Below are positions 36,071-44,600 of a DNA stretch of 64,000 nucleotides, one piece after another. Within the stretch, counting starts at the first letter, position 1. Each line of letters begins with the position of its first letter. The notes under the pieces were generated by a model. The model was not told where the DNA came from. It saw only the letters and a program-made list of their open reading frames with translations, and ran no database searches. The stretch comes from Thermoplasmata archaeon (GTDB lineage: Archaea > Thermoplasmatota > Thermoplasmata > RBG-16-68-12 > JAJISG01): assembly GCA_046758325.1 (NCBI GenBank), contig JBHHZZ010000002.1, positions 14,990-78,989 of the forward strand. The letters are read 5' to 3'. The position numbers and the translations under genes are program-made.

Positions 36071-38146
36071 TCACACTCCTAGAAGCGGAAAGACTATCTG
36101 GACGACGAAGAGGATGACGGCGGCGCCAAGGACAATGACGGCGGCGTAGGTCTGCACCTCCCCCGTCTGCCCTCTCCTCAGGGTCCATCCTCCTCGTAGA
36201 GTGCTCAGACTGATGCTGTTGACCACCCCGTCAACCGCTCTGCGGTCGAAGATGTCCGTACCCCTGGCCGTGAGGAGGGTGATACGGGCTGCCAGGTTGA
36301 CGAGACCGTCGATGACATATCGATCGAAGAAGTCACTCAGCTTCGCGAAGCCATAGACTAAGCGGAGGCCGAATTCGTCGTAGAGGTCGTCAATCCAGTA
36401 CCTCCTCTCCAACATGGTGTGCAGGAAGTTGCGAGCCCTGGTAGCGGTGAAGGCGGAGGATGGGATGGATCCTATCAGGTACACGAGGGAGGCCAGGCCG
36501 AGGCCCGCCCCGGCGGCCAGCAAAGATATGTAGGTGGGGAAGCTCGAGGGCCCGACGAAGGTCTTCATCAGTAGCTTGTCTGGCGACACGTACTCCGCGT
36601 GGACGCCCTCTAGGGTGGGGAAGATGAAGTTGCCGAATCCCCCCATGGCGAACATGAAGAGGCCGGAGCCCACTGCGAAAATCGAGAGGATCACCAGAGG
36701 CGCTGTCATCACCTTGGGAGCCTCGTGAGGCTCCTGCTCCCACCTGGGAGAGCCCTTGAAGGCCATGTACCACAAGCGGAACATGTAGAAGGCCGTCATG
36801 AAGGCCGTTAGGACGCCGAGAACCCAGAGGTAGAAGAAGGCCTGACTCCCCGCAGAGGCACCATAGGCGGCGGCCAACACCTCGTCCTTGCTCCAGAATC
36901 CACTGAAGGGCGGTATCCCCGAAATGGACAGGGCACCGAGGAGCATGGTCATGGATGTGATCGGCATCCTATTGTGGAGAGCGCCCATCTTCCGCAGATC
37001 GTTCGTACCCATGGCATGGATGACGCTCCCCGCACCAAGGAAGAGGAGGGCCTTGAAGAAGGCGTGGTTCGTCAGATGGAATATGGCGGCCGCATATCCC
37101 TCCTGGGCTCCCTCCAGCCCCACCTGGATGGCGTATGCCGCCGTCCCCAGGCCCAGGAACATGTATCCCAGCTGGCTTATCGTGGAAAAGGCCAGCACCC
37201 TCTTGATGTCGTAGTTGGCCAGAGCCATTGTGGCGGCGAAGAAGGCCGTGAAGCCTCCGATGATGGCTACGAGGAAGGCGATATCCAGAGAGTTGACAAC
37301 CAAGGGTATCGCCCTGGCCGTCAAGTAGACCCCTGCCTTGACCATCGTGGCAGCATGTATCAGGGCACTCACAGTGGTGGGGCCCTCCATGGCATCCGGA
37401 AGCCATGCATGCAGCGGGAACTGGGCGCTCTTGCCAATGGCTCCGCCGAAGAAGAGGATGGGTACTACGGAGAGGAGGTGCACGGGAATCCCCGGTGCAG
37501 CCGCGGACACCTCTCTGATGTTGAAGGTGCCAAAGAGGACGAAGACGGTGATGACCCCCACCAGGAAGAGAACATCCCCCACGCGGGTCACCATGAAGGC
37601 CTTCTTGGCCGCGCTGGCCGCCTCAGGTTTGTGGTACCAGAACCCTATGAGGAGGTAGGAGCAGAGACCCATGATCTCCCAGAAGATGAGCAGCTGGAGG
37701 AAGTTGTTGGCCGATACCGTGCCCAGCATGCCGGTGACAAAGAGGGATATCTGAGAGTAGTAGCGGGCTTTGTCCTTCTCGCGGCCCATGTAGCCAACGG
37801 AGAAGACGGCGATGAGGAGGGAGAGGAAGGAGACCAGGGCGAGCATGAGGACGCTCAGGTTGTCCACCAGGACTCCGAACTCAATGACCTGGCCCATCTC
37901 GGGAGAGCCGAGCCAACGGTACCACACCCTCTCCTGGGCCTCAAAGTGACCTCCCAGAGCGCCGCCAAGGAGGGCGTGGGCCAACAGGATTATGGCCAGG
38001 ACAAAGGAAAGGCCTATAGAGCCGATGCACCAGGCTGCCCCACCCTCCCACTGCTTCCTTCCTGTGAGGATGATGATGACGAAGGCTACCAGGGGGGAGG
38101 CGACGATGAGCCACGAAAGGTCCACGATCCAAGAGAGGGCAACCAA
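36071..38146 (-). CDS. nuoL: Complex I-like subunit L with extended lateral helix
   Basis: FWEIMGLCSYLLIGFW, GKSAQFPLHAWLPDAMEGPT, GFWSKDE; FDR..DG.VN repeated at 26-aa spacing. Confidence 0.95.
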   Translation of the reverse strand: MVALSWIVDLSWLIVASPLVAFVIIILTGRKQWEGGAAWCIGSIGLSFVLAIILLAHALLGGALGGHFEAQERVWYRWLGSPEMGQVIEFGVLVDNLSVLMLALVSFLSLLIAVFSVGYMGREKDKARYYSQISLFVTGMLGTVSANNFLQLLIFWEIMGLCSYLLIGFWYHKPEAASAAKKAFMVTRVGDVLFLVGVITVFVLFGTFNIREVSAAAPGIPVHLLSVVPILFFGGAIGKSAQFPLHAWLPDAMEGPTTVSALIHAATMVKAGVYLTARAIPLVVNSLDIAFLVAIIGGFTAFFAATMALANYDIKRVLAFSTISQLGYMFLGLGTAAYAIQVGLEGAQEGYAAAIFHLTNHAFFKALLFLGAGSVIHAMGTNDLRKMGALHNRMPITSMTMLLGALSISGIPPFSGFWSKDEVLAAAYGASAGSQAFFYLWVLGVLTAFMTAFYMFRLWYMAFKGSPRWEQEPHEAPKVMTAPLVILSIFAVGSGLFMFAMGGFGNFIFPTLEGVHAEYVSPDKLLMKTFVGPSSFPTYISLLAAGAGLGLASLVYLIGSIPSSAFTATRARNFLHTMLERRYWIDDLYDEFGLRLVYGFAKLSDFFDRYVIDGLVNLAARITLLTARGTDIFDRRAVDGVVNSISLSTLRGGWTLRRGQTGEVQTYAAVIVLGAAVILFVVQIVFPLLGV

Positions 38147-38147
38147 C

Positions 38148-38450
38148 TCACCACCTCAATATCCTCACCTTGTCCAGGTCCACGGTCCCGTGGACACTGT
38201 ATAATACGAGGAAGATGGCCAGGCCAATGGCAGCCTCCCCCGCTGCCAGGGCAATGGAGAGAAGGGCAAGCACCTGCCCCGAGGGATCGTTGACATACGA
38301 CGAGAAGGCCACGAAGTTCATGATAGCTGCGTTGAAAATAATCTCCACAGACATCAGGACAATGATGCCGTTCCTCCGAACGAGGACTCCATAGAGGCCT
38401 ATGGCGAAAAGGATGGCCGACAAGGAGAGCTCCCACTCCAGGGGGATCAT
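38148..38450 (-). CDS. nuoK: Complex I-like subunit K
   Basis: GLYGVLVRRN, MSVEIIFNAA, AAGEAAIGLAI. Confidence 0.93.
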   Translation of the reverse strand: MIPLEWELSLSAILFAIGLYGVLVRRNGIIVLMSVEIIFNAAIMNFVAFSSYVNDPSGQVLALLSIALAAGEAAIGLAIFLVLYSVHGTVDLDKVRILRW

Positions 38451-38674
38451 GGCCCTTCCTCCTTCCTAGCCAGGAAAACCCCTCCTACCATGGCCACGGC
38501 CAGGAGCAAGGCCATAACGATTATGCTGAAGGCGAAGTTCTCAAAGAGGGACCTTGCCACGCTCTCATTGGAGATGGTCTGGGATGAGGGGTTCCAGGGC
38601 AGTCCCACGAAGGAGGCCACCATCAAGATTGTCAGAAGAACCAGGCCTGTAAGAACGAGCACCCTCTCCTTCAA
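38447..38674 (-). CDS. nuoJ: Complex I-like subunit J, C-terminal half (split J2)
   Basis: TTG start overlapping the J1 stop; VARSLFENF..SIIVMALLLAVAMVGGVFLAR. Confidence 0.8.
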   Translation of the reverse strand: MKERVLVLTGLVLLTILMVASFVGLPWNPSSQTISNESVARSLFENFAFSIIVMALLLAVAMVGGVFLARKEEGP

Positions 38675-38934
38675 GGTACCTCCTCCATCATCCTGGTTCG
38701 GGTCAGCATTATGCCGAAGAGGAACACCACGGGAACGGCGCCAGCATACACGAGGATCTGGATAACGGCCACGAACTCTGATCTGAACAGAATGTAGATG
38801 CCAGCCATGGTGACCAGGGTTATTGCCAGCCAGAAGGCAGCCCACATGAGCTTCTTTGCCGTCACCACTAACAGGCTCGTAACGACCTCCACAGCGGAGA
38901 CGATTATGAAAATGACCTGGATAGCTTCGACCAT
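38671..38934 (-). CDS. nuoJ: Complex I-like subunit J, N-terminal half (split J1)
   Basis: AAFWLAITL..AGIY...EFVAVIQILVYAGAVPVVFLF. Confidence 0.88.
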   Translation of the reverse strand: MVEAIQVIFIIVSAVEVVTSLLVVTAKKLMWAAFWLAITLVTMAGIYILFRSEFVAVIQILVYAGAVPVVFLFGIMLTRTRMMEEVP

Positions 38935-38972
38935 CTCTTGACCTTCCTCACGTCCTGAAACCGTTCCTCCAT
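38904..38972 (-). other. 22-codon mini-ORF in the nuoI slot (MEERFQDVRKVKRWSKLSRSFS)
   Basis: ATG shares its A with the nuoH TGA (TGATG overlap); may be a nuoI deletion scar or non-coding. Confidence 0.3.
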
Positions 38973-40156
38973 CAGATCCACCCATTTGAAGAGGCTGTGA
39001 CGACGAGTACTGCGATCAGGAGGTTGAGCAGACACAGGGGAATGAGCTTCCTCCAACCGATGCTGAGGATCTGGTCGATGCGGATCCTAGGCACAGACCA
39101 GCTTATCCAGACGAAGATGAAGAATACGAAATAGACCTTGAGGATGAACCAGATCTCCTGGGGAAGGATGGGGCCATCCCAGCCGCCCAGGAACAGGAGG
39201 GCAACGAGGGCTGCACCTACGAAGGTTCTCAGCCACTTGAACCCGAAGACCATGCCATACCTCATGCCGCCGTACTCCACCAGCCAGCCGTGAACCAGCT
39301 CCTCCTCAGCCTCCGGCAGATCGAAGGGCACCCTCTCCGTCTCAGCAATCATGGCCAGAATGAAGACGAAGAAACCCAGGAACTGGGGTATGATGAACCA
39401 GTTCCGAAGGCCGCTATTCGCCAGGGGGCCTATGATGGAGGGCTCTGACTGGGCCCGGACGATGTCGATGGGGTTCAGACTCCCCGCCAAGACGATGACA
39501 CCGATGGTGGCGAGAATCATCGGTATCTCGTAGGACATCATCATGGCGGCGGCTCTCATGCCTCCCAGCAGTGCGTACTTGTTGTTCTGGGACCACGAAG
39601 CCAGAAGGATGGCCAATGGCGTCAGGGAGAAGGCTGCGATGATGAGGAGGATGCCTGCAGGCACATTGGCCACGACGAATCCTTCGCTGAAAGGTAGGGC
39701 CGCCAGGACGAGGACGGTGGAGGCTATCAGGAAGGCGGGGGCCACGTGGAACATGATCCTGTCAGCAGCCGCGGGGGTGATGTTCTCCTTCTGCAGCAGC
39801 TTCAGGCCGTCGGCAATCTGCTGGAAGAAGCCAGTCCCTTTGAACCAGAAGCCCTTCAGGGGCTGGGACAGCATCGGCCCCCTACGATCCTGCAAACGGG
39901 CCACTACTTTTCTCTCCAGCCAGATCATCGTCAGGAGATGAAGGATGGCGGCCCAGGTGATCATGAGGGTGATGGCCACGATCCAGGTGATGAGGACGAC
40001 CAGCGGATCCCACCTCAGGAGATCGGCTAGGGATTCTAGGAAGCCCAAGGGGGGGATGGCTGCCGCTATGGTGTCGAGGATGAAGGTCACTATGCCTATG
40101 AGGAAGACAGTGATGGCGTGGCTCGCCCCGAACAGGTCTACGAGATGGCCGCTCAT
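38972..40156 (-). CDS. nuoH: Complex I-like subunit H
   Basis: ERKVVARLQDRRGP, IADGLKLLQKE, LGGMRAAAMMMSYE, PFDLPEAE.ELV.G..VEY.G. Confidence 0.95.
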   Translation of the reverse strand: MSGHLVDLFGASHAITVFLIGIVTFILDTIAAAIPPLGFLESLADLLRWDPLVVLITWIVAITLMITWAAILHLLTMIWLERKVVARLQDRRGPMLSQPLKGFWFKGTGFFQQIADGLKLLQKENITPAAADRIMFHVAPAFLIASTVLVLAALPFSEGFVVANVPAGILLIIAAFSLTPLAILLASWSQNNKYALLGGMRAAAMMMSYEIPMILATIGVIVLAGSLNPIDIVRAQSEPSIIGPLANSGLRNWFIIPQFLGFFVFILAMIAETERVPFDLPEAEEELVHGWLVEYGGMRYGMVFGFKWLRTFVGAALVALLFLGGWDGPILPQEIWFILKVYFVFFIFVWISWSVPRIRIDQILSIGWRKLIPLCLLNLLIAVLVVTASSNGWI

Positions 40157-41232
40157 TTGTCGATTTCTCCTACGCAGACATCGATGCTTCCCGTGATAGA
40201 GACGACATCAGCTACGCGATGGCCCCGGAGCATCTTCGGCAGTGCTGATAGCGTGACGAAAATGGGCGAGCGAATCTTGACCCTGTACGGCCTGTCGCTT
40301 CCATCCCCGATGACGTAGATGAGTGCCTCGCCCCGGGAGTCCTCCGTCCTCGCGAATCCATCCCCTTCAGGTCGCTTGGGGGGCTTGATACGAAAGGGGC
40401 CGTCGGGAAGCTGCCGCAGGGCCCCCTCTACTATCCTGATGCTCTCGAAGAGCTCTCCCATCCTCACCTTGTAACGGGCGTAGGCATCCCCCTCCTCATA
40501 GACCACAGGCTCAAACTCTACCTCACCATACGCGTCGTAGGGCTCCATCTCCCTGATGTCTACGCGAGCACCTGATGCCCTCAGGTTTGGACCCGTCACT
40601 CCATAGTTGATGGCGTCCTCCTTGCTGAGGACGCCTACCCCATGGGTCCTCATGACGAAGGTTGGGCTCTCGTCCAGGAGGTTCTCATACTCCTTGAGCT
40701 TCTTCCTGAGGTACCTGAAGACCTTGCGGGCCTCGTCCTCGAATCCTGGCTGTATGTCGTTATGGACGCCGCCGGGTCGCGGATAATTCTGGTTCATCCG
40801 CTGTCCCGTCATGAGCTGCAACAGGTCCAGAACCAGCTCCCTCTCCCTGAGGCTGTAGAGGAACCCTGTAAGCAGGCCCAGGTCCGCCAGGAAGGCAGCG
40901 AGCCACATGAGATGAGAAGCCATCCTTTGGAGCTCGCATCCGATGACCCTCAGGTACTTTCCTCGAGGCGGCGGCTCGATATCCATCAGGTCCTCCACGG
41001 CCAGGCAGTACACGTGGGCCCATGTGAGGGAGGACACGTAGCAGAGACGGTCCATGAGCGGAATGGGTTTCAGGTAGTCCCTGTACTCACATATCTTCTC
41101 GACCCCTCGATGGAGATATCCCATCTCCGGATCGGCGTCTACCACTGTGTCCCCGTCCACCTTGACCCTCAGGTTCCACAGGCCGTGGGTCATAGGATGC
41201 TGGGGGCCCATGTTGATCCACATCTCAGGCAC
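40153..41232 (-). CDS. nuoD: Complex I-like subunit D
   Basis: GPQHPMTHG, GYLHRGVEK, DRLCY, KIRSP, GSID.CVGEIDK; no NiFe CxxC motifs. Confidence 0.95.
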   Translation of the reverse strand: MPEMWINMGPQHPMTHGLWNLRVKVDGDTVVDADPEMGYLHRGVEKICEYRDYLKPIPLMDRLCYVSSLTWAHVYCLAVEDLMDIEPPPRGKYLRVIGCELQRMASHLMWLAAFLADLGLLTGFLYSLRERELVLDLLQLMTGQRMNQNYPRPGGVHNDIQPGFEDEARKVFRYLRKKLKEYENLLDESPTFVMRTHGVGVLSKEDAINYGVTGPNLRASGARVDIREMEPYDAYGEVEFEPVVYEEGDAYARYKVRMGELFESIRIVEGALRQLPDGPFRIKPPKRPEGDGFARTEDSRGEALIYVIGDGSDRPYRVKIRSPIFVTLSALPKMLRGHRVADVVSITGSIDVCVGEIDK

Positions 41233-41234
41233 TT

Positions 41235-41696
41235 CTACTCCCCCTGGTAGTCCTTCCTGAGGGGGTGAAACTTGAAGTCCTGCGGAAGAAGTATCCTCCT
41301 CAAGTCTGGATGCCCCTTGAAATCGATTCCCAGGAGGTCGTAGGCCTCCCGCTCGTGGTACAGGGCACCCTTCCAGATATCGGAGACGGTGTCCGCCACG
41401 GGGTCGCTGCTGGGAATTCTGACATTGAGCTGGATGACGCAGTTGCGCTCGTAGGAGACGATGTGATATACGTTCTCCATGTACTCGATCCAGTCCACGC
41501 CTGATATGCAGGAGATGTGCTCGAAGTTCATGTCGTCCCGGAGAAAGAGGCAGACGGACCGGAGGGCCTCCCGCGACAATGTGGCTCTCACCCTTCCAGG
41601 CTTCACGACCTCGGCCTCCTTCACGTCCTCGGGGAACCTATCCCGCAGGCTCTCAACCAGCTCCTCATCAAAGGGCACCTTCCTCCCCTTCCACAA
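41235..41696 (-). CDS. nuoC: Complex I-like subunit C
   Basis: ISGVDW, W.GA.YHEREAYDLLGI.F.GHPDLRRILLP..F..HPLRKD. Confidence 0.95.
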   Translation of the reverse strand: MWKGRKVPFDEELVESLRDRFPEDVKEAEVVKPGRVRATLSREALRSVCLFLRDDMNFEHISCISGVDWIEYMENVYHIVSYERNCVIQLNVRIPSSDPVADTVSDIWKGALYHEREAYDLLGIDFKGHPDLRRILLPQDFKFHPLRKDYQGE

Positions 41697-41699
41697 CGT

Positions 41700-41753
41700 T
41701 CAGATGTCTCGTCTCTTCTGGCCCCGGGCTTCGGCCGCCCCACGGCGACTCAT
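41700..41753 (-). other. 17-codon mini-ORF in the nuoB slot (MSRRGAAEARGQKRRDI)
   Basis: ATGA overlap with the nuoA stop; ends 3 nt before the nuoC TTG. Confidence 0.35.
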
Positions 41754-42112
41754 ATCGTGTAGACCTCCTCCTTCTTCAAGGAGTAGAGGGTGGCGGCCGT
41801 TATGATCATCACAAACAGGAGCATGAGAACCTGCGCCAACGCCGACAGCCCACCCTTGTATATGAGAGCGAAAAGTATGATGAAGATGGCCGCCACATCG
41901 AAAATGATGAACATGATGGCGAACAGGTAGTACTGGAAGTTGAACTGTATCTGGGCCTCCCCCTCGGGCACCTCCCCGCACTCATAGGTGGTTAGCTTCA
42001 ATGGTGTCGGCCTGTCGGTTCTCACAATCCTGGTTATGAGGAAGGTGAGGAAGGGAAATGCTATGGCGATTAGAACGAATACCGCCACAGGGTAGTACAG
42101 CTCGAGGGCCAT
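41750..42112 (-). CDS. nuoA: Complex I-like subunit A
   Basis: KLTTYECGE, FNFQYYLFAIMFIIFDVA. Confidence 0.95.
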   Translation of the reverse strand: MALELYYPVAVFVLIAIAFPFLTFLITRIVRTDRPTPLKLTTYECGEVPEGEAQIQFNFQYYLFAIMFIIFDVAAIFIILFALIYKGGLSALAQVLMLLFVMIITAATLYSLKKEEVYTI

Positions 42113-42133
42113 TCGGGTCGGCTATGGCTCCTA

Positions 42134-42148
42134 TTTATTAAACCTTTG
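42134..42148 (-). promoter_or_regulatory. BRE/TATA promoter of the nuo operon
   Basis: Minus strand CAAAGG-TTTAATAAA about 22-30 nt upstream of the nuoA ATG. Confidence 0.65.
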
Positions 42149-42304
42149 TTCGTAGCTTGGCAAGAGCAGGCTACAAGAATCTGCAGGCAGTATTATCTGC
42201 TGCGCCTGAGCGCGGTCCCTGATCCTACGTTCCGTCTGGCGCGAGAGCTGATGTTACCTTCCATGATTCTCAAGAAAGGGGGGATAGAGGAGGCTCCAGG
42301 TTAG

Positions 42305-42577
42305 TTAGCGTTCCTCCCCCAAAAACACCCTGGAGCCAGCCTCCCTCATCAGGATGTGAGCCAAGGATGTCAGCTCCTCCGTCGAAAGCTGTTCCGCGTT
42401 GCTGACAAGAATTTCGGCAGCCCTCCTCACAAGCCACAGGGGTACCTTTATCCCCCCTCTGGCTGACAAGTCCACGATTCTCACTTCCTCTTGCAGGGAC
42501 TTTCCCTCCTCAAGCTCTCTTCTGGTAGCCGTACCGCCTGGGCGGTCAGACAGCTTCCTGCAGACCAGCCCAACCAC
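42305..42577 (-). CDS. Small hypothetical protein
   Basis: 90-aa ORF filling an otherwise empty gap, helical-looking C-terminal half; no family recognised. Confidence 0.4.
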   Translation of the reverse strand: MVGLVCRKLSDRPGGTATRRELEEGKSLQEEVRIVDLSARGGIKVPLWLVRRAAEILVSNAEQLSTEELTSLAHILMREAGSRVFLGEER

Positions 42578-42770
42578 GTGATGGTATATTAATCTTTTGA
42601 CAATTATTATTATCAGCCTATATTATCAGGATTGATGATGAGACTAGTGGCCGCCATTATGTTTGCACTCTGTCGCCAAGACGTCTCTGTAGTCAGGAAT
42701 TGGAGGGGTTCTGACACACCCTCGACTTTCAGCAAGGCTATTATAGGTCGTCGTCCCCATATTTAAGGCG

Positions 42771-44495
42771 ATGGAAGACCGCCCCATGACCATTCTGGAA
42801 CACTTGGAGGAGCTTCGCCAGAGGCTCTTCAAGATCCTGTGGACACTTCTTCCACTCTTCATCTTCTACGTGACCTTCTCCATCCGAACGATCGACTTCC
42901 AGGGATTCCCCATACCATACCCATGGCCCGACTTCTACGGGTCCATCTCAACCCAACTTGTCCAAAGACTCATGGACGACCTGCTCCCAGAGTTCGTCCA
43001 GAGGGTACAGCTTCATCCCGGCGAGGCCATCATAGTCCAGTTCAAAGTGGCCATTTTCTTGGCGGTCTTGACGGGCATGCCCATGATCGTGTATCAGCTG
43101 AGCAAGTTCATTGCCCCTGGGCTCTACTCCACGGAGAAGGAGACCATCGCAAAGATCACCGTCCCCGCCACCTTCCTCTTTCTCCTGGGCGTCCTCTTTG
43201 CCTACCTCTGGATCCTTCCCTTTGCCTTCGAGTTTCTCTACGGCGTGGGCCTGAGGATGGGGCTGACGCCCTTGGTTGGGCCCGGCCAGTTCTTCGATGT
43301 GGTCCTTCTCTTCTTTGTGGGTATGGGTCTGGCTTTTCAGACCCCCATCGTGATGTGGGGCCTGACAGCCCTGGGCGTCGTCGAACCCGCCGTGTGGAAG
43401 AAGTACTGGAGGGTGGCCGTCGTGGCCTTCTTCTTCTTCGGGGCGGCCATCACCCCCGACGGCAGTGGCATCACAATGATGCTTGTGGCCATCCCCATGA
43501 CCGTTCTCTACGCCGTCGGTTACGTGGTTGCAGACAGGACCTGGAAAGGGAGGGAGATCCCGAGAACGGGGGGGGAGCGTCGAAGATCGAGCTTGGCCGT
43601 CTGGTCCGTCGTCGTCGTTTTGGTCCTCGCCCTCGTCGGAGGTTTCATCTACTACAACCGGTCCCTCTTCACCCCACCGGTGGAGGCTTCCGACTCTGTC
43701 CTAGCTGCCGGCAACATTACGCTGCGCCTACCCGCCTTTGTGCTCTACTCGCCGAACACATTTGCCTCGGACGTCCATTCGGGCGCCTTACTGAGGACGA
43801 CCAATGAGACGGCAATCACATTCGACTGGGCTGCCGGGGCTTCGGATGGCCGAATGGTGGGATTTGCTGCGGAAGGAGACATCGGGGGTCCCATACTGAT
43901 CGATGAGGACGCTTCCATGATGATAATCTTTCCTGCCCTATGGACCTCCCCGGATGTTCAGACGGTCACGGTGACGGCTACAGACGGGAACTCCGGCATC
44001 TACAGCCTGGAACTTATCGTAGCATACCAGCTGCTCCTCCGAAGGGAATTCTCAGATAGCGACAGAGATGGGGACCTTAGCCCGGGCGAGACTGTCATTA
44101 GCGAATACCTCGTTTTCAACTACAGCGCCTCACCTGGCCCAACTGCAATGACGGACCTCGCAGGGTCTGGTGTTCAACCACCCTCGGATGACCAGAGAAC
44201 CTTACTGAGCAAGGGCATCTTCTCATCGATAGGTCCCAGCTGGAGCTTGGAAACCTCCATCGGGGACCTTGACACCGACAACATAAACAACATGACGGCC
44301 AGCTACACGATGTCCGTGGAGGACACTGGCCTCGAGGAATACGGTGTCAGTCTGTTCCTCACCAGATTTTCTCAATGGTCACAAAACGAGGATCTCAGGA
44401 TCTGGGTGCAGGGCGAAACGCCGGAGCAATTCGTCTACCACTGGTATCTTGATCTACGCTTCGGAACGATCTACCCGGTGCTAGAGCCGCTCTGA
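42771..44495 (+). CDS. tatC: TatC fused to an extra TM helix and a large acidic C-terminal domain
   Basis: MTILEHLEELRQRL, PGEAIIVQFK, APGLY..E, FQTPIV, GAAITPD; about 300 extra residues. Confidence 0.9.
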   Translation: MEDRPMTILEHLEELRQRLFKILWTLLPLFIFYVTFSIRTIDFQGFPIPYPWPDFYGSISTQLVQRLMDDLLPEFVQRVQLHPGEAIIVQFKVAIFLAVLTGMPMIVYQLSKFIAPGLYSTEKETIAKITVPATFLFLLGVLFAYLWILPFAFEFLYGVGLRMGLTPLVGPGQFFDVVLLFFVGMGLAFQTPIVMWGLTALGVVEPAVWKKYWRVAVVAFFFFGAAITPDGSGITMMLVAIPMTVLYAVGYVVADRTWKGREIPRTGGERRRSSLAVWSVVVVLVLALVGGFIYYNRSLFTPPVEASDSVLAAGNITLRLPAFVLYSPNTFASDVHSGALLRTTNETAITFDWAAGASDGRMVGFAAEGDIGGPILIDEDASMMIIFPALWTSPDVQTVTVTATDGNSGIYSLELIVAYQLLLRREFSDSDRDGDLSPGETVISEYLVFNYSASPGPTAMTDLAGSGVQPPSDDQRTLLSKGIFSSIGPSWSLETSIGDLDTDNINNMTASYTMSVEDTGLEEYGVSLFLTRFSQWSQNEDLRIWVQGETPEQFVYHWYLDLRFGTIYPVLEPL

Positions 44496-44600
44496 CAGGG
44501 GCCTGATGACGGGTTGAGGAGTTTTTCTCTTGATTGGACCGTTAGTCTGCGAAAAAGCTTTATTCCAAGTAAGAGTACTACATCTCGGAAGGTGTGACCT

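Noticed and set aside
36974-38293. 439-aa plus-strand ORF opposite nuoL/nuoK
   Set aside because: Shadow ORF of a GC-rich membrane-protein gene; no motifs. The same applies to 48843-49958, 9949-10926, 23382-24236 and similar antisense ORFs
38447-38934. Split nuoJ as a frameshift pseudogene
   Set aside because: Split J1/J2 is normal in archaeal Fpo/Nuo-like operons, and J2 has a coupled TTGA start
40153-41232. NuoD as a group 4 NiFe-hydrogenase large subunit, which could explain the odd operon
   Set aside because: No N- and C-terminal CxxC nickel motifs; quinone-site residues are present
42635-42714. Possible C/D box sRNA (ATGATGA...CTGA)
   Set aside because: 80-nt span without recognisable internal D'/C' boxes or terminal stem
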